Position numbers and translations under genes: made by a program. A model generated the notes under the pieces. It had not been told where the DNA came from. It searched no databases and saw only the letters and a list, made by a program, of their open reading frames with translations. A stretch of DNA of 63,846 nt, filler included, from Reticulomyxa filosa (lineage: Eukaryota; Protista; Foraminifera): the NCBI GenBank assembly GCA_000512085.1. It is 20 parts of 20 records of this genome, joined end to end, with 100 filler letters (N's around TTAATTAATTAA, not from the genome) between each part and the next. Parts side by side here need not be neighbours in the genome. Positions count along the whole stretch, not along the records: positions 46,176 to 53,760 come from ASPP01025550.1; positions 53,861 to 56,992 come from ASPP01005084.1; positions 57,093 to 58,432 come from ASPP01017717.1; positions 58,533 to 59,909 come from ASPP01023664.1; positions 60,010 to 61,044 come from ASPP01036424.1; positions 61,145 to 63,846 come from ASPP01027368.1; 14 more parts are not named here. The stretch is one strand, 5' to 3'. Positions 52,601-63,846 of the stretch are shown in pieces. Position 1 is the first letter of the stretch, and each line of letters opens with the position of its first letter.

Positions 52601-53760
52601 AGCTGCCAGCTACGCAAAGATGCCCACTTACGATTTTCGTATAATTAATTTTATAACGTATATTGTGTGAACTGCTTCATTGATTGATCTGTAAAACAAT
52701 GGCAAAGATATCTGTCCTTCGTTGTGTTCCAGCTTGAAGTTTTTAGATTCACATTTGATACCACGAATTCATTCAATACATGCAGTGCCATCAATACAAT
52801 TTCATATACCAACGCGAATTCCATGCTGCTGATATCCAAGAGTTTCCACTCACCATTTTTTACTCAGTTTGCCCCTCTTACTGGGCACTCGAAACAGAAG
52901 GACACCAAGGTAATAAAGCTACTTTAAGAGAAAAGCAATCCTTCATATATCATATAATCAAATTTATAATGCATATCATAGGGACTGCCTGGCCATCTAA
53001 TACAGTGGCGAAACATAACAAAAATATCTTCAAATTTGTCCAATACTAATATCATTAAATGCCAAAAGTATCTATAATACACACAATTTCTTACATTAAT
53101 TTTTGTTTGCAAATTTGGAGACATTGCAATATCTGTGCCATCATTACAATATCTGTATATAGTTCCATTCATACAATTGAAGATTCCCACGATTGAAAAT
53201 CAGTATATCCATATCGCATAAAAACACCGCATGTTTATTTTCAATGCCACTTTCAGCATCGGGTCAATTGTATTGTTGCATTTAGCTGAATGTCCTAACA
53301 TTGTTGAGTTTTGTGTACGTGCAATCGTTTTACACTTTGCTGTTTTTTTTTGATTGGGTGAGAAAAGCGGTTTTCAAAAAATTGATTGGCCGCCTTTTGA
53401 CTTGTAGAAGAGTAACAAGATATGAAACTTCTCCAAAAAAGATACCTGCACAAACCAATCTCTTGTGAATATGCTTATCGGACGTCATTTGAATCGACGA
53501 GTAAGCGTAATGTTACAATTGGGCAGCGATGAACGGGTCGAAGATGTTGAATTGATATTTGCGCAACAAGGAGATGATAAAGTGTCCCCAAACGAGTTAA
53601 TCCACGAACACACTCACGTCTCAGTCTACCCTGTATGTTAGAAAAATATTTGTGCATTAAGGGGAAGCTGTTCTAAGATAGCACTGAACAAGCTCTTTAC
53701 AACGGGTATGTGTGTGTATGTTTACCATGCAGCTACTGGTATTTGTTTCAGTGACGATAA
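46670..53760 (-). pseudogene. Long degenerate coding relic(s) of unknown family, possibly transposon-derived
   Basis: Chains of short, stop-interrupted minus-strand ORFs (e.g. 49284-49661, 51017-51427, 51859-52290, 52651-52839, 52924-53190). No domain recognised. Confidence 0.3.
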
Positions 53761-53860
53761 NNNNNNNNNNNNNNNNNNNNNNNNNNNNNNNNNNNNNNNN
53801 NNNNTTAATTAATTAANNNNNNNNNNNNNNNNNNNNNNNNNNNNNNNNNNNNNNNNNNNN

Positions 53861-53896
<36 letters not shown>

Positions 53897-55194
53897 TGTT
53901 TGTTATTATTAATTTGAAGATGCAATTAAACTGTACAGATTGCGTGATAATATATCATGCAAGACATGAAGCTGCGGTGGAAAGAGTGTCAAACGTAGTG
54001 ACATTTTACCATTCCTGCTACTTTTCTTTCAGTTTCGTCTTTGTCTTTACTTGGCAGTACCAACAGTTGTGAATTTGTAAATTCTGAACGCTTCATCTTA
54101 TAACTTTATGTATATGTAAAATATAGGTTTTCGTTCCTTTTTATATTTACATAACATTGACTACTCACGTTTTGTTTTGAGTTACCAATACGGCTTCATC
54201 TGCTTCTAGGCCACGAATTTCGAGCCTTATTCAAAAGAAAACAAAAGATGGGAATATGTAAGAACAGATAATGTAGATGTTATGTAAAGAGAGATTTGGC
54301 TCGTACTTGCCGTTCGTTAGCTTGTCAATCATGTCTTCTTCCACCTCAATGCATTTTAGGTCATCAACGAAAAATTATCTGCGAAACTGAAAGTCAATAT
54401 CTTTTGCGTTGCTTCAGATTCATTGTTCATTATTATATCCTTTGTTTGTTTAACTGAATCCTGCGTAGCAGCATGCAAAAGGAATTTACCTGTATACTTT
54501 GTGCTGTTTTTTCGAACACAAAGACATATTTCCTCAAATGTAATTAAAAATGGAAATACGACAAAATTGATATTGAAACGAAGAAATGCCGATTTTTTCA
54601 AAGAAAAAGAATTAAAAATGTGAACGATTACCAAAGAACAGAAAGCTCATTTTGAGCGTTTGTCAAATTAAAAAATGAGAGTTTGTTGACGAATATGTGA
54701 AAAAAGATGTACTGATTCCAACATAACGTAATGTGAATTGAATCCCTCATCAAAGCCGATTCAATACTCTCTTAGTTTCTTCTCACATTCTTTTCTTTGA
54801 AGTTTTGAGGATGAGCATTTTACTTCATCTACGCTATCTGAAATAATCATTGTTGGGAATTTCCATTAACCGGCAAGCGAGCCTTGTTTATCACGTTTTA
54901 TCATTAAGTATTCTTTGTCTTTTGCATCTATTTTCGTTTTGATTAGTTTAGATAAAAATTTAGAGAAACAATCACGACAACAAAAAAATCAGTCAAAAGG
55001 GGATATGTTCGGCATCAATTGGTAAGTTCATGAAAAGTTTTCAATCATTATTAGTCTCTTTTTGAGGCAGTTTACAATTTAAATCCAATTCATGTACTCA
55101 TGCACTTACGTCGCGAAGGACTTTACACGCAAAATAAACTTTTAACGGTAAACACCAGACGGCAAATTTTTCTTTATTTTTTTGTAAAACTTTT

Positions 55195-56427
55195 GTTTTA
55201 CTTGGAATTGGAAAAAATGGGCCCGATTCGAAGTCACTAAGAAGGTCAATACGCTTTCTTGAATTGTCTAATAATCACAAAATTTCAATGGCACCCATTT
55301 ACCATTTCCTCGTCACCAGAACAAAAGACATTGCATATTCGTAACATGGTACGTACGTTATAAAGTGTTTATGTTTTTAGAAGAGGGGGGGGGAGGAGGA
55401 AGAAGGATGAGTGCAAAGAAATAGTTGACAGGATTGCATTGTATCAAATATGAAATTCAACAAACAATACTGAAACACAATAACGAAAGGGTGAAGGTAC
55501 ATGGACGGGAAGACTACAAACATTTTTGCAAGCAATGTCCCCAAAAAAAGTGTATGACGAATTTTTCCATTGGGATGGTGTAAACAAAGTACCAAGAACG
55601 ACTGGCCCTGACGGACGTAATTTACTCTGCATTGATGGACCAATGGCAGCCCCCCGACACAACACTTGGGAGAATATGGAACGGCTATGATTGTTGGTGC
55701 AGGTATTGGTGTCACTCCAGTGCGTGCAACCTTGCAGTCAATTGTGTATTACCGCTTCAAACGTGGTATTGGCCATTCCTTCCCGGATCACGCCTATTGC
55801 GTTTGGATTGTGAACTGGGAACAACTTGCAGCATACCGCTTTATGGCTCGAGCATTGCAAGAGGCCGAAGATGAGTTGTACGATATGCGAAAAAAAAAAT
55901 CCAGAACAAATGAAAACCAAAGTCCTGCAAATGCATATATTTGTTACCCAGTGTACCCGAAAAAAATGCTACGTTTGACGCAAGTAAGTTGGACAGTGAA
56001 GGAGCTACACAAAAAGATTTGGTAATATGGGGACCGCATTACGATGATACTTTACATGATGAAGCTCGTACGGTGTCCAAAGAAACAGCACCTTTCACCG
56101 AAATTGACATTTATCATATATTATATTGTCCTGAAAGTGAACCTGTCTCGATTGGTGACATTATCGTGCACAGTGGACGACCAAAGTGGCCTGATTTGTT
56201 TGGACCGATCCAGCAACATCACAGCGGAGAATCGAAAGTGATGTTTTGTGGCCCGGATGTCGTGGCACACGAACTTAAATTTGGCAAAAAAAATCAAACT
56301 TTGTTATGTTTATATATCACCCTCATTAAAATTATTGTCTTGCCTCTGTAAAATATAGAAACAGTGCGGAAATTTCACTGACTTCTCCAGCAACACTATC
56401 TTTGTTTTGCATAAAGAAAATTTTTAA
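55195..56427 (+). pseudogene. NADPH oxidase/ferric reductase dehydrogenase (FAD and NADPH-binding) portion; TM heme domain not seen
   Basis: GQYAFLNC..QWHPFTISSSPE..LHIR, IDGP, IVGAGIGVTP, SGRPKW, VMFCGP and terminal HKENF*. In-frame TAA just before EGQY, plus frameshifts. Confidence 0.8.
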
Positions 56428-57094
56428 GACCTTGACTGCGCAAAAATAATTGTCAATTTTGGAAGTTGAAGGGAAATGAAAATATGTGTGTTTGTGAATT
56501 TTTTTTTCATTTGTTTGGAAGTGATTGACTCGTTTGTCGAATATGTAGTGATGATATTGATACTGTCTTCACTTTTTTTTTTTTCATTTGGATTCAAAGA
56601 TTAGTTTTTTTTATCATTCCCAAAAATTATAACAGTGCCGCGCAAATTCTTTTTATTCTTGTATTTTTCTCCACATAAAATTAGTTTTATTTACATACTG
56701 CAACGAGAAAAAAACTATTTGTTCACTTATCGAGCGTTGAAAAGAACAAAAGTGAACGTTTATTGTTTAAAATTTTTACTGTTACGCTTCTACTTTTTTA
56801 AGTTCGAGTTCGAAAACTTTTTTTTAAGGGTTCTAACTTTGATAAAGAAAAACTTTTTGTTACTTTTGTTTTGTTTTTAATTTTTACCAGACGGTAGTCA
56901 AACAAATTATGTTTTAGCCTTGGTTCACATGTCTTTGTTTTTCTTTGATGTGTTACTGTGAATACACGCTTGAACAACGAAACAAGCGACAANNNNNNNN
57001 NNNNNNNNNNNNNNNNNNNNNNNNNNNNNNNNNNNNTTAATTAATTAANNNNNNNNNNNNNNNNNNNNNNNNNNNNNNNNNNNNNNNNNNNNCA

Positions 57095-57125
<31 letters not shown>

Positions 57126-57142
57126 GTGTATATATAATATAT

Positions 57143-58304
57143 TACCAATTCGCTTGACGACGATATCAACAAAGGGAGAATAATCGCGGGAGAGCCATAC
57201 CGTTTGCGAGGTTCGATCGGTGGTGACAATGGCCTCTTCACTGACGGTGGAGCGCTTAAGTCCGATGACTTGTCCGAGTTCGATGATATGTTGACACTCC
57301 TCTTCACTCAAAAAGTCGTTGATCAAGACCAGCTTGGGCGACGTGCACAGCACCTCCAGTTCATATTCTTTCACTGCATTGGGATGGCTCTCTTGAATCG
57401 CACAAGTGTATACAACACACACATACACACACACATGCACAAATTGTAACTTTAAATTTTTTTTTTTTTTTTTTTTTTTTATAAAAAATTGGAGAATTCA
57501 AAACTGATTGGTTGACAATAATCGGTTCCATTAAATCGAATGACGCGATATCTATCGCTTTCGATTTGAGCAAAAAGCGGTACATTTTGCAGCAGTTGGC
57601 AGCTTCGTCATCGTTTTCGATATGCGCATTTTGCTCGGCCTTCTTCTTGTTGGCCGTCAATGTGTCCAGTTGCGACTGCAGTTGACCCTCCATTTCATCC
57701 GTCATCACAAAGGCATGGTCGCTGGCACACGCATACAATTGGGGACTCGTCACGTTCACTTTGAACTTTTGTCCGATGTGGGTTATGTTATACATGAACA
57801 GTTCGGGAGGGGGCCTCGGGTAGAAATTTGCCCATCGTCGGCCTGTTCGTTCGAAATATTCTTCAAAAAACTTGACTCGCTTTTTTTTTTTTTTTTTTGT
57901 TTTTTTGTTTTTTCAACCCCAAAGTTCTTTTTTTTTTTGCACCCAATCAAAAATAAAAATCTCAAAACTTCTTGTTCAAACTTTTCATCTCGATCTCGCA
58001 TCTCTTCTGGTGACAACAAGGTGATCAAGTCCGTATGCTTGTACATCGTTACACGATACAAGATGGTGTCCTTGTCGCCGTAAGGAGTGAAACAAAATTT
58101 GTGGCTGATATACGTGTTGATGGGCGTCGTCTCACTCACTTCCATTGTTCCTTGGAAAATTCTTTCTTCTTCAGACTCCCACCACAGATCCTTTTTTTTA
58201 ATTTTTTTATTTTTTAAAAAAAAAAGACTCAACTCATCTTTGGAAAAACAATGATATAACAAAAAAAAATAAACATACCACTTTTTGTCCGGACTTGTTC
58301 TCAA
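57143..58304 (-). CDS. Prolyl 4-hydroxylase alpha-like (2OG-Fe(II) oxygenase), partial
   Basis: LEVLCTSPKLVLINDFLSEEECQHIIELG..LKRSTV..RTSQTVWL, with an upstream accessory domain LWWE..FQG..INTYISHKF. Confidence 0.85.
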
Positions 58305-58669
58305 ACGTCACTAAAATTGAGTGCTATTATTGCAATACATCATAGAATTACAACTTTTTTATTTCAACACTTTTTATTTAAAAAATACAAAACTGGATCT
58401 TTTTCTTCATGCTCTTCCTCTTCTTCATCATCNNNNNNNNNNNNNNNNNNNNNNNNNNNNNNNNNNNNNNNNNNNNTTAATTAATTAANNNNNNNNNNNN
58501 NNNNNNNNNNNNNNNNNNNNNNNNNNNNNNNNTTGTTGCGAGTCGACGCCTTTTATATACACATATATCGTTTTGGACTCTCCAACAACTCACCCTTTTT
58601 TTTTTTTTTTTTTTGCTTTTTTCTAAATTAAAAAAAAAAAAAAAAAACACAAAACACAATTTTTAACGC

Positions 58670-58904
58670 CACGTATTGGGCGAAGAAACTCCGATCCTGG
58701 GTCCAACAGTTTTGTTTTCATTTGATGCCCCACCCAATACCGCACGTCTAAACATGGACCTTCTTCGTCTTGACTAATGGAATGTATTTCTCCCGGTCGC
58801 CATTGCTCTAAGCCCACACTATAGACCTTCACAGGCTCGCCACGGCGCCATCGTCCACATCTTCCATTAGTTTTTTGAAACGCCAGTTCCTCCATTTCTT
58901 TCAT
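58670..58904 (-). CDS. Small SH3/Tudor-like beta-barrel domain exon
   Basis: WRRGEPVKVYSVGLEQWRPGEIHSISQDEEGPCLDVRY..KLLDPGSEFLRP. Confidence 0.45.
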
Positions 58905-59289
58905 TGATCTTAAAAAAAAACTAAGAATGTAAGGCTTGTACCTTCTTGAAGTAACGGCTCACCTTTCGCTTCTGTGTTGACACGCCCAAAAATACCATTT
59001 GATAATTAGAGTGAGTAAAAAAAAATTTCCTTTAAATGCAAAAATCTTCGCATCAACATTGTCGATAAGCTTACCTCTGTAGGAAATGAGGGCAGTGAAT
59101 ATTTGAAATTTACATTTGGATTGGCACAAAAAAGTAAATGAAAAAAAACTGATGAGTAGGCTTTCCGTCTAACACTGATGAAAAAAAACCGTCAATGCCG
59201 ATTTGCAAAATAAATCAAAGAAACGTTTACCAGCAGAAAGTATCCAGTTTAGAAGAGTGTTTGAAGTTATAGTTTTTTTTTGAGTTTTG

Positions 59290-59909
59290 GCTGGCTTCAT
59301 AGTAAAGATAGAGAATGAATATTTTGACAGCGTACAAAAAGAAGTTGGAAACGAAGGACCGCTCTCGCTCGCTGAACTCAGACTTGGTGAGAAACAAGCA
59401 GCAGCATACATATATATATATATATTTGTGGTTTTTGTTTGGTGCTTGTTAATAATGAACCACAATCAAACAAGTAGGAGAAAAAAAATGAATAACAAAT
59501 AAACAAAAAAAAAAATTGATTGTAAAAGGACAGTTGCAAGTTGAACGTGAGCGTTTGACGTACGATAGATTTAGTCGACTATTTCATGACTTGAATTACA
59601 CAAATAGTAAATTTTATGAAAAGGACATATTATTTTGCAAGCAATTGGCGAAGTATACTGCATCGAAGACGGAGATGGACAAACGAAAAGCGCAACAGCT
59701 AACAAAGAAGTATTTGGAACATATCTTTGATGCATCCAAATCCAAGCACCCCTTGAAGATACTGCTGTTCAAGTTTGTGAATTTGTTTCATGGAAAGCAT
59801 TCCTTTTCGCCAGAAATGGTCAGACAAAGGACGGCACACATCAACGCCAACAAAAATGCAAATCGGTCCCTGTCATCCAAAGAGGGCAATGGCAATGGCA
59901 ATGGCAATG
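59290..59909 (+). CDS. Hypothetical helical protein fragment, weakly like the alsin region preceding VPS9
   Basis: KKYLEHIFDASKSKHPLKILLFKFVNLF resembles the alsin YLxKAxDxxxHPLGxL helix (recollection). Confidence 0.3.
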
Positions 59910-60056
59910 NNNNNNNNNNNNNNNNNNNNNNNNNNNNNNNNNNNNNNNNNNNNTTAATTAATTAANNNNNNNNNNNNNNNNNNNNNNNNNNNNNNNNNNN
60001 NNNNNNNNNAGTAAAAATAAATCAATAATTGCAAATGAAAAATGCGAGAGAATGAG

Positions 60057-60510
60057 TTAAGGCCTCCAAATGCGAAGGACTCTATCTTTTCCTCCACTGG
60101 CCATGCAAGTGCCATGATTACTCCAATCGCAATCGTAGACTTCGTCGGAATGTCCGGGTAAGTCGATCATGAGTTTCTTTGTTTTCAAATTCCAAATTTT
60201 GACAGTGCTGTCTTTGCTGGCGGAGGCCAGCATGCGTGAGTCGGCGCTCCAGCAGACACGATATACGGACTGAACATGTCCAAACAGTTTGCAAATGAAC
60301 TTGCCATTTAAGGCGTCCCAAATGCGGACAGTTTTGTCAAAAGAGGCACTGGCAATGAAGCGTCCATTGGGACTGAAGCAGACATGATTGACAAGCTGAT
60401 ATAGTGTCCAGTCATGCGAGCGACATGTTTGTCGGTGACTAAGGGGGGGGGATTACCACAAGAACAGAGTGTAAAAGTCATCACTGGCTGAAACAAGGAT
60501 TTTACCTCTG
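60057..60510 (-). pseudogene. NLE1: Notchless/Rsa4 C-terminal WD40 repeats, 5' region degenerate or missing
   Basis: LVSASDDF..LFLW*..RMTGH..VNHVCFSPNGRFIASASFDK..GHVQSVYRVCWSADSRMLASASKDSTVKIW..DLPGHSDEVY..DWS..ASGGKDRVLRIWRP*. Confidence 0.85.
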
Positions 60511-61144
60511 CAATCTTTGGCTTTGACATAAAAAGTTTGGGCTTTTTTTTAAATATTTTCAATGTTATATCAAAATGAACTTTTTCAAACTTGTAACTTT
60601 TTTTTGGAGCCAACGCGACGGGTACCACTGAACTTTCTCAAATGTCGAATGTTAGCAAAAATTGTAATGAAGCAATAATCTCGTCCTTTGTTAGGATTTT
60701 TTTAGCTATTGCTCGGGACATTTTCGACAAACAGACTTTTAAACACAAAGAAACCGTCTTCTCGTTGATTTCCTTTTGTTTTCTAGCTTACGATATTTAA
60801 AAAATTTTAAGTTTTTGAAAAAAAAGCCCTTTTTTTTACGTTTAACAACCACTTTTTCTTTTTTGCTGCTATTTGACGAAAGAAATATTGTTTTTCGTTT
60901 CTGTTTGTTTGATTTTGACAAACAACTTTTTTCTTCATTGCAAAACCATCTATTGTGCAAGTTAAGTGTGAGACACTCAACAGCCCAAGAATATCCCAAA
61001 CAGAGACAAAACAAAGTTGATACACTATTAGTATATATTTTTTTNNNNNNNNNNNNNNNNNNNNNNNNNNNNNNNNNNNNNNNNNNNNTTAATTAATTAA
61101 NNNNNNNNNNNNNNNNNNNNNNNNNNNNNNNNNNNNNNNNNNNN

Positions 61145-62376
61145 ATTGACATGGGCATTAGTTTTAGTATTGGCATTGGGATTGACATTAGTAGGGATGG
61201 CATTAGGATCGGAATCACGATTGCGATCGGTGGACACAGAGGAGAAGTGGAACTTGGCCTGAGTGTAGAGAGGCGAGTGTACGTGTCGTCCCATTGGTTT
61301 GGACGTAAGGCCTTGGGAGTAGACGAGCCTCGGATCGTCGGACAGCAAAGGAGGATAATGGAGCGCGTCTTCGGGGTCGACGATAAACAGGTTCCTCCAA
61401 TGGTCAAAGGCCATGATCAAAAAGCCCAGGACACTCCAGTCGGTGACGTATAGCACTGGCAACATTTCACTTAAAAAAATAGTGCAAACCACAGATATTT
61501 GGAATGCCAAGGTGTGATGCTCCCAATCGTAAATGTCGTTATTTGCCCAAATGGACAGCATGGTGCCTTCCAAGAGATCACCAAAAGTCCACACCAAAAT
61601 CACCAAGTTCATTCGCTTCGATTGCTGCTGCCATACGTGGTTGATGAACGGGAAACCGGCAAATCGCACCACCGAAAATACGTATACGCTGAAGGCACAT
61701 GTTGGAATGAACAGTTGCATGATCCACAAACTGCGAAATAATGCGGCCGCCAACTCATTCGAATTGGAACCGTTCTTTGCACACACCACGTATGTCACGA
61801 TTAATGCCGATAGCATAAAAAAAAATATGGCAATGTACGAATACCGCCAAATCTTTCCATACTTGTCTCGGCTTAACAAATCCTGGTCGCGACTGAATAA
61901 CGTAATTTCAATCCATATGCAACACAAAATCATAAACACCAACAAAAAGATAAACGATGGCAATAAAAATAACAAATTCATCGTTATGTCCAATATACTC
62001 ATTGTCATGTTCACGTCGGCCGCGTAAAATAAAAAGTGCAGTGAAAATGTTATCGCACGGATTATCACAAAGACCAACAGACAATAACAAAATATTTTCA
62101 ATGAATTCCATGATCGATTCATTGGCACTTTGCGCAAGTTCTGAAGCACTACTACACATAATACTGTGTAAAAAAACTACTTTATATATATTTTTTTTGT
62201 TGCCACAGCACACATACACAGTTGCACATGAGCCACAAAATATTTTCATAAAATATGTTATCCATGTGCCGTTCTCTTTTCTTTTTGACAAATATTGAAG
62301 ACCAAGAAAACACATAACCGCCAAAAACAAGGAGGAAAGCTCCAAATAAACTTGCTGGATACACTTTACTGGTCAT
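61145..62376 (-). CDS. THH1/TOM1/TOM3 (GPR137-like) multi-pass membrane protein, 3'-partial
   Basis: About seven hydrophobic segments; KIF..L..F.IIRA, LP..IF...F..L...W.EI and SEMLP motifs; first exon MTSKVYP at 62376. Confidence 0.65.
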
Positions 62377-62620
62377 ATATCTTGCTTTTGAAATGAAAAA
62401 AAAAAAAGGAATTATCCACTGAAAAAATTTTTTCTACATGAAAATTCACTCCACACACAATCTCTTTCTTTGGTTCTTTTTTTTTTTGTGAACTCTTATA
62501 ACCTTTTCTTTTTTTTTGTGTTGAAGCTGAAGTCATGACAAAGTGACACAATAAATGCGCAGTCTTATATTTCAATGACTCGTAAGCCAAAGTTTTTTTG
62601 TGTCTACTTTTCATAAAAAG

Positions 62621-63430
62621 ATGGCTGAACTAAAAAATGTTATTATGCAATGTAAATTTTTACACATGCCTTTTTTTTTATTTATAAATTTGAGAATTTT
62701 GTATTAATTATGTAGTTTTGGTCGGTGACACGTACAGTTTTTTAGTTGAAGGCAGGAAAAAAAAAAAAAAAGGGGAACAAAGTTTTAAATATATCCTGAA
62801 GCATGCTAGTATGTTGTTCAATCTTGCAGGAAAACTGAAATGAAAGTGAAAGTGAAAAGATATGAATCTAAACGACAAAACTATGCACAGGACACGTTGT
62901 AAAGATTTGTGCTATGCTGGTGTTCAGACAGTCGTCACATGGTGACAGCATCACAAGATAGAATTAAGTGGAAACAAGCAATTGGTAATAACTTTGAACA
63001 GTGCATGGATGATGATTTGTGCGTTTCGCAATCGCATGATTATATTGCAAGTGGTGGTTTGGACAACAATGTGCCTATTTTCCGAAACGGATGAAAATTT
63101 AAATCAAAAATTTAGTTTTTTTTTAAAAAAATTAATGTTTTTGTTATTCATCTATGCAACGTAAACATTTTTAGGAAGGTGTTAAAAAAAAAAGGGGGTG
63201 GACAAAAGAAAAATAAAAAACTAATGTTGACTTTTTTTTTAAATTTTAAAAAAAAAAAGGAATTAGAAAAATTTGACTGTTATTTGAGCTACGCAAGATT
63301 TAGTTCCAGTTGAGATGGCACATTTATATTGTGGGACATCGAAAACAAAACTCCAAAAAGCGTATATTTTGATCACACAAGTAATGTCATGTGTATAAAC
63401 TATCAAAAGAGTCCTCCATTATTAATAGGT
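62621..63430 (+). pseudogene. GNB-like: Heterotrimeric G-protein beta subunit pseudogene
   Basis: WCSDSRHMVTASQD, ITLNSAWMMICAF, YIASGGLDN and SS*DGTFILWDIE..DHTSNVM, with deletions, frameshifts and stops. Confidence 0.8.
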
Positions 63431-63706
63431 AAAATAAAAAATAGAATTATCTCTAATATTAAAAATTTTTAAATTAGACTATAATATTATTTTTAATTTT
63501 AATAATATAAAACAACTTTTCAAATAATTTTTTTTTGTACAAAATCACACTATTTGCAAAAAAAATTAAAGATTGGCTACAACAAAATTTTCTCAGTTCA
63601 AAAAAACTTCAAAAAAAACTCTAAAAAACAAAAAAAAACTCCAGAATCAATTCTTCAACATCATCTAATTAAAAAATCAAGAATTAAAAGAAAGAAATTG
63701 AGTAAG

Positions 63707-63846
63707 ATGGAAGAAGAGAAAAGCAAAGACAATGCAAAACTGGATTTGAAGTCAATTACTGAATAACATGCTTGCTTTGACAAAAATTGGATTTTACAAT
63801 TGAACAAACAGGAATCCATTCACGATTTGATTTGTTTGATTTGCAA
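63707..63846 (+). pseudogene. Start of a second RING/TRAF-WD40 family member, with an in-frame TAA
   Basis: MEEEKSK...ITE*HACFDKNWILQLNKQESIHDLICLIC parallels CYNKEWISLTNKLQKLETVTCRVC of the 31433-33792 gene. Confidence 0.7.

Noticed and set aside
59148-59190. Two CTGATGA motifs with a small hairpin between them, as a hammerhead or C/D snoRNA
   Set aside because: No GAAA follows the hairpin directly, there are no stem I/III partners, and no terminal stem or guide is evident.

Overview
This is eukaryotic, AT-rich, intron-containing DNA, not a prokaryotic locus. It consists of 20 short contigs joined by 19 artificial 100-bp linkers (N44-TTAATTAATTAA-N44), so adjacency across linkers means nothing biologically. 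Gene content and style suggest a foraminiferan (Reticulomyxa filosa-like) draft genome; this assignment is an inference. Supporting traits are expanded WD40 and RING/TRAF-WD40 families, many pseudogene fragments, (TA)n-filled introns and homopolymer frameshifts. Recognisable genes or fragments: RNF213/mysterin-like E3 module, CWF19L2, a Cys-less pentameric ligand-gated channel, several WD40 genes, TBC-TLDc, a TRAF7-like protein, an EF-hand/DEP/multi-TM protein, a GT77-like transferase, a DH RhoGEF, an NADPH-oxidase C-terminus, prolyl 4-hydroxylase, Notchless, a TOM1/GPR137-like protein and a G-beta pseudogene. The standout signal is non-coding and absent from the ORF track: a ~1.2 kb hairpin-rich island (27958-29141) carrying three diverged type-I hammerhead-ribozyme-like motifs on the minus strand. 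It resembles a retrozyme/Penelope-type or viroid-like element integrated in a rhizarian genome.
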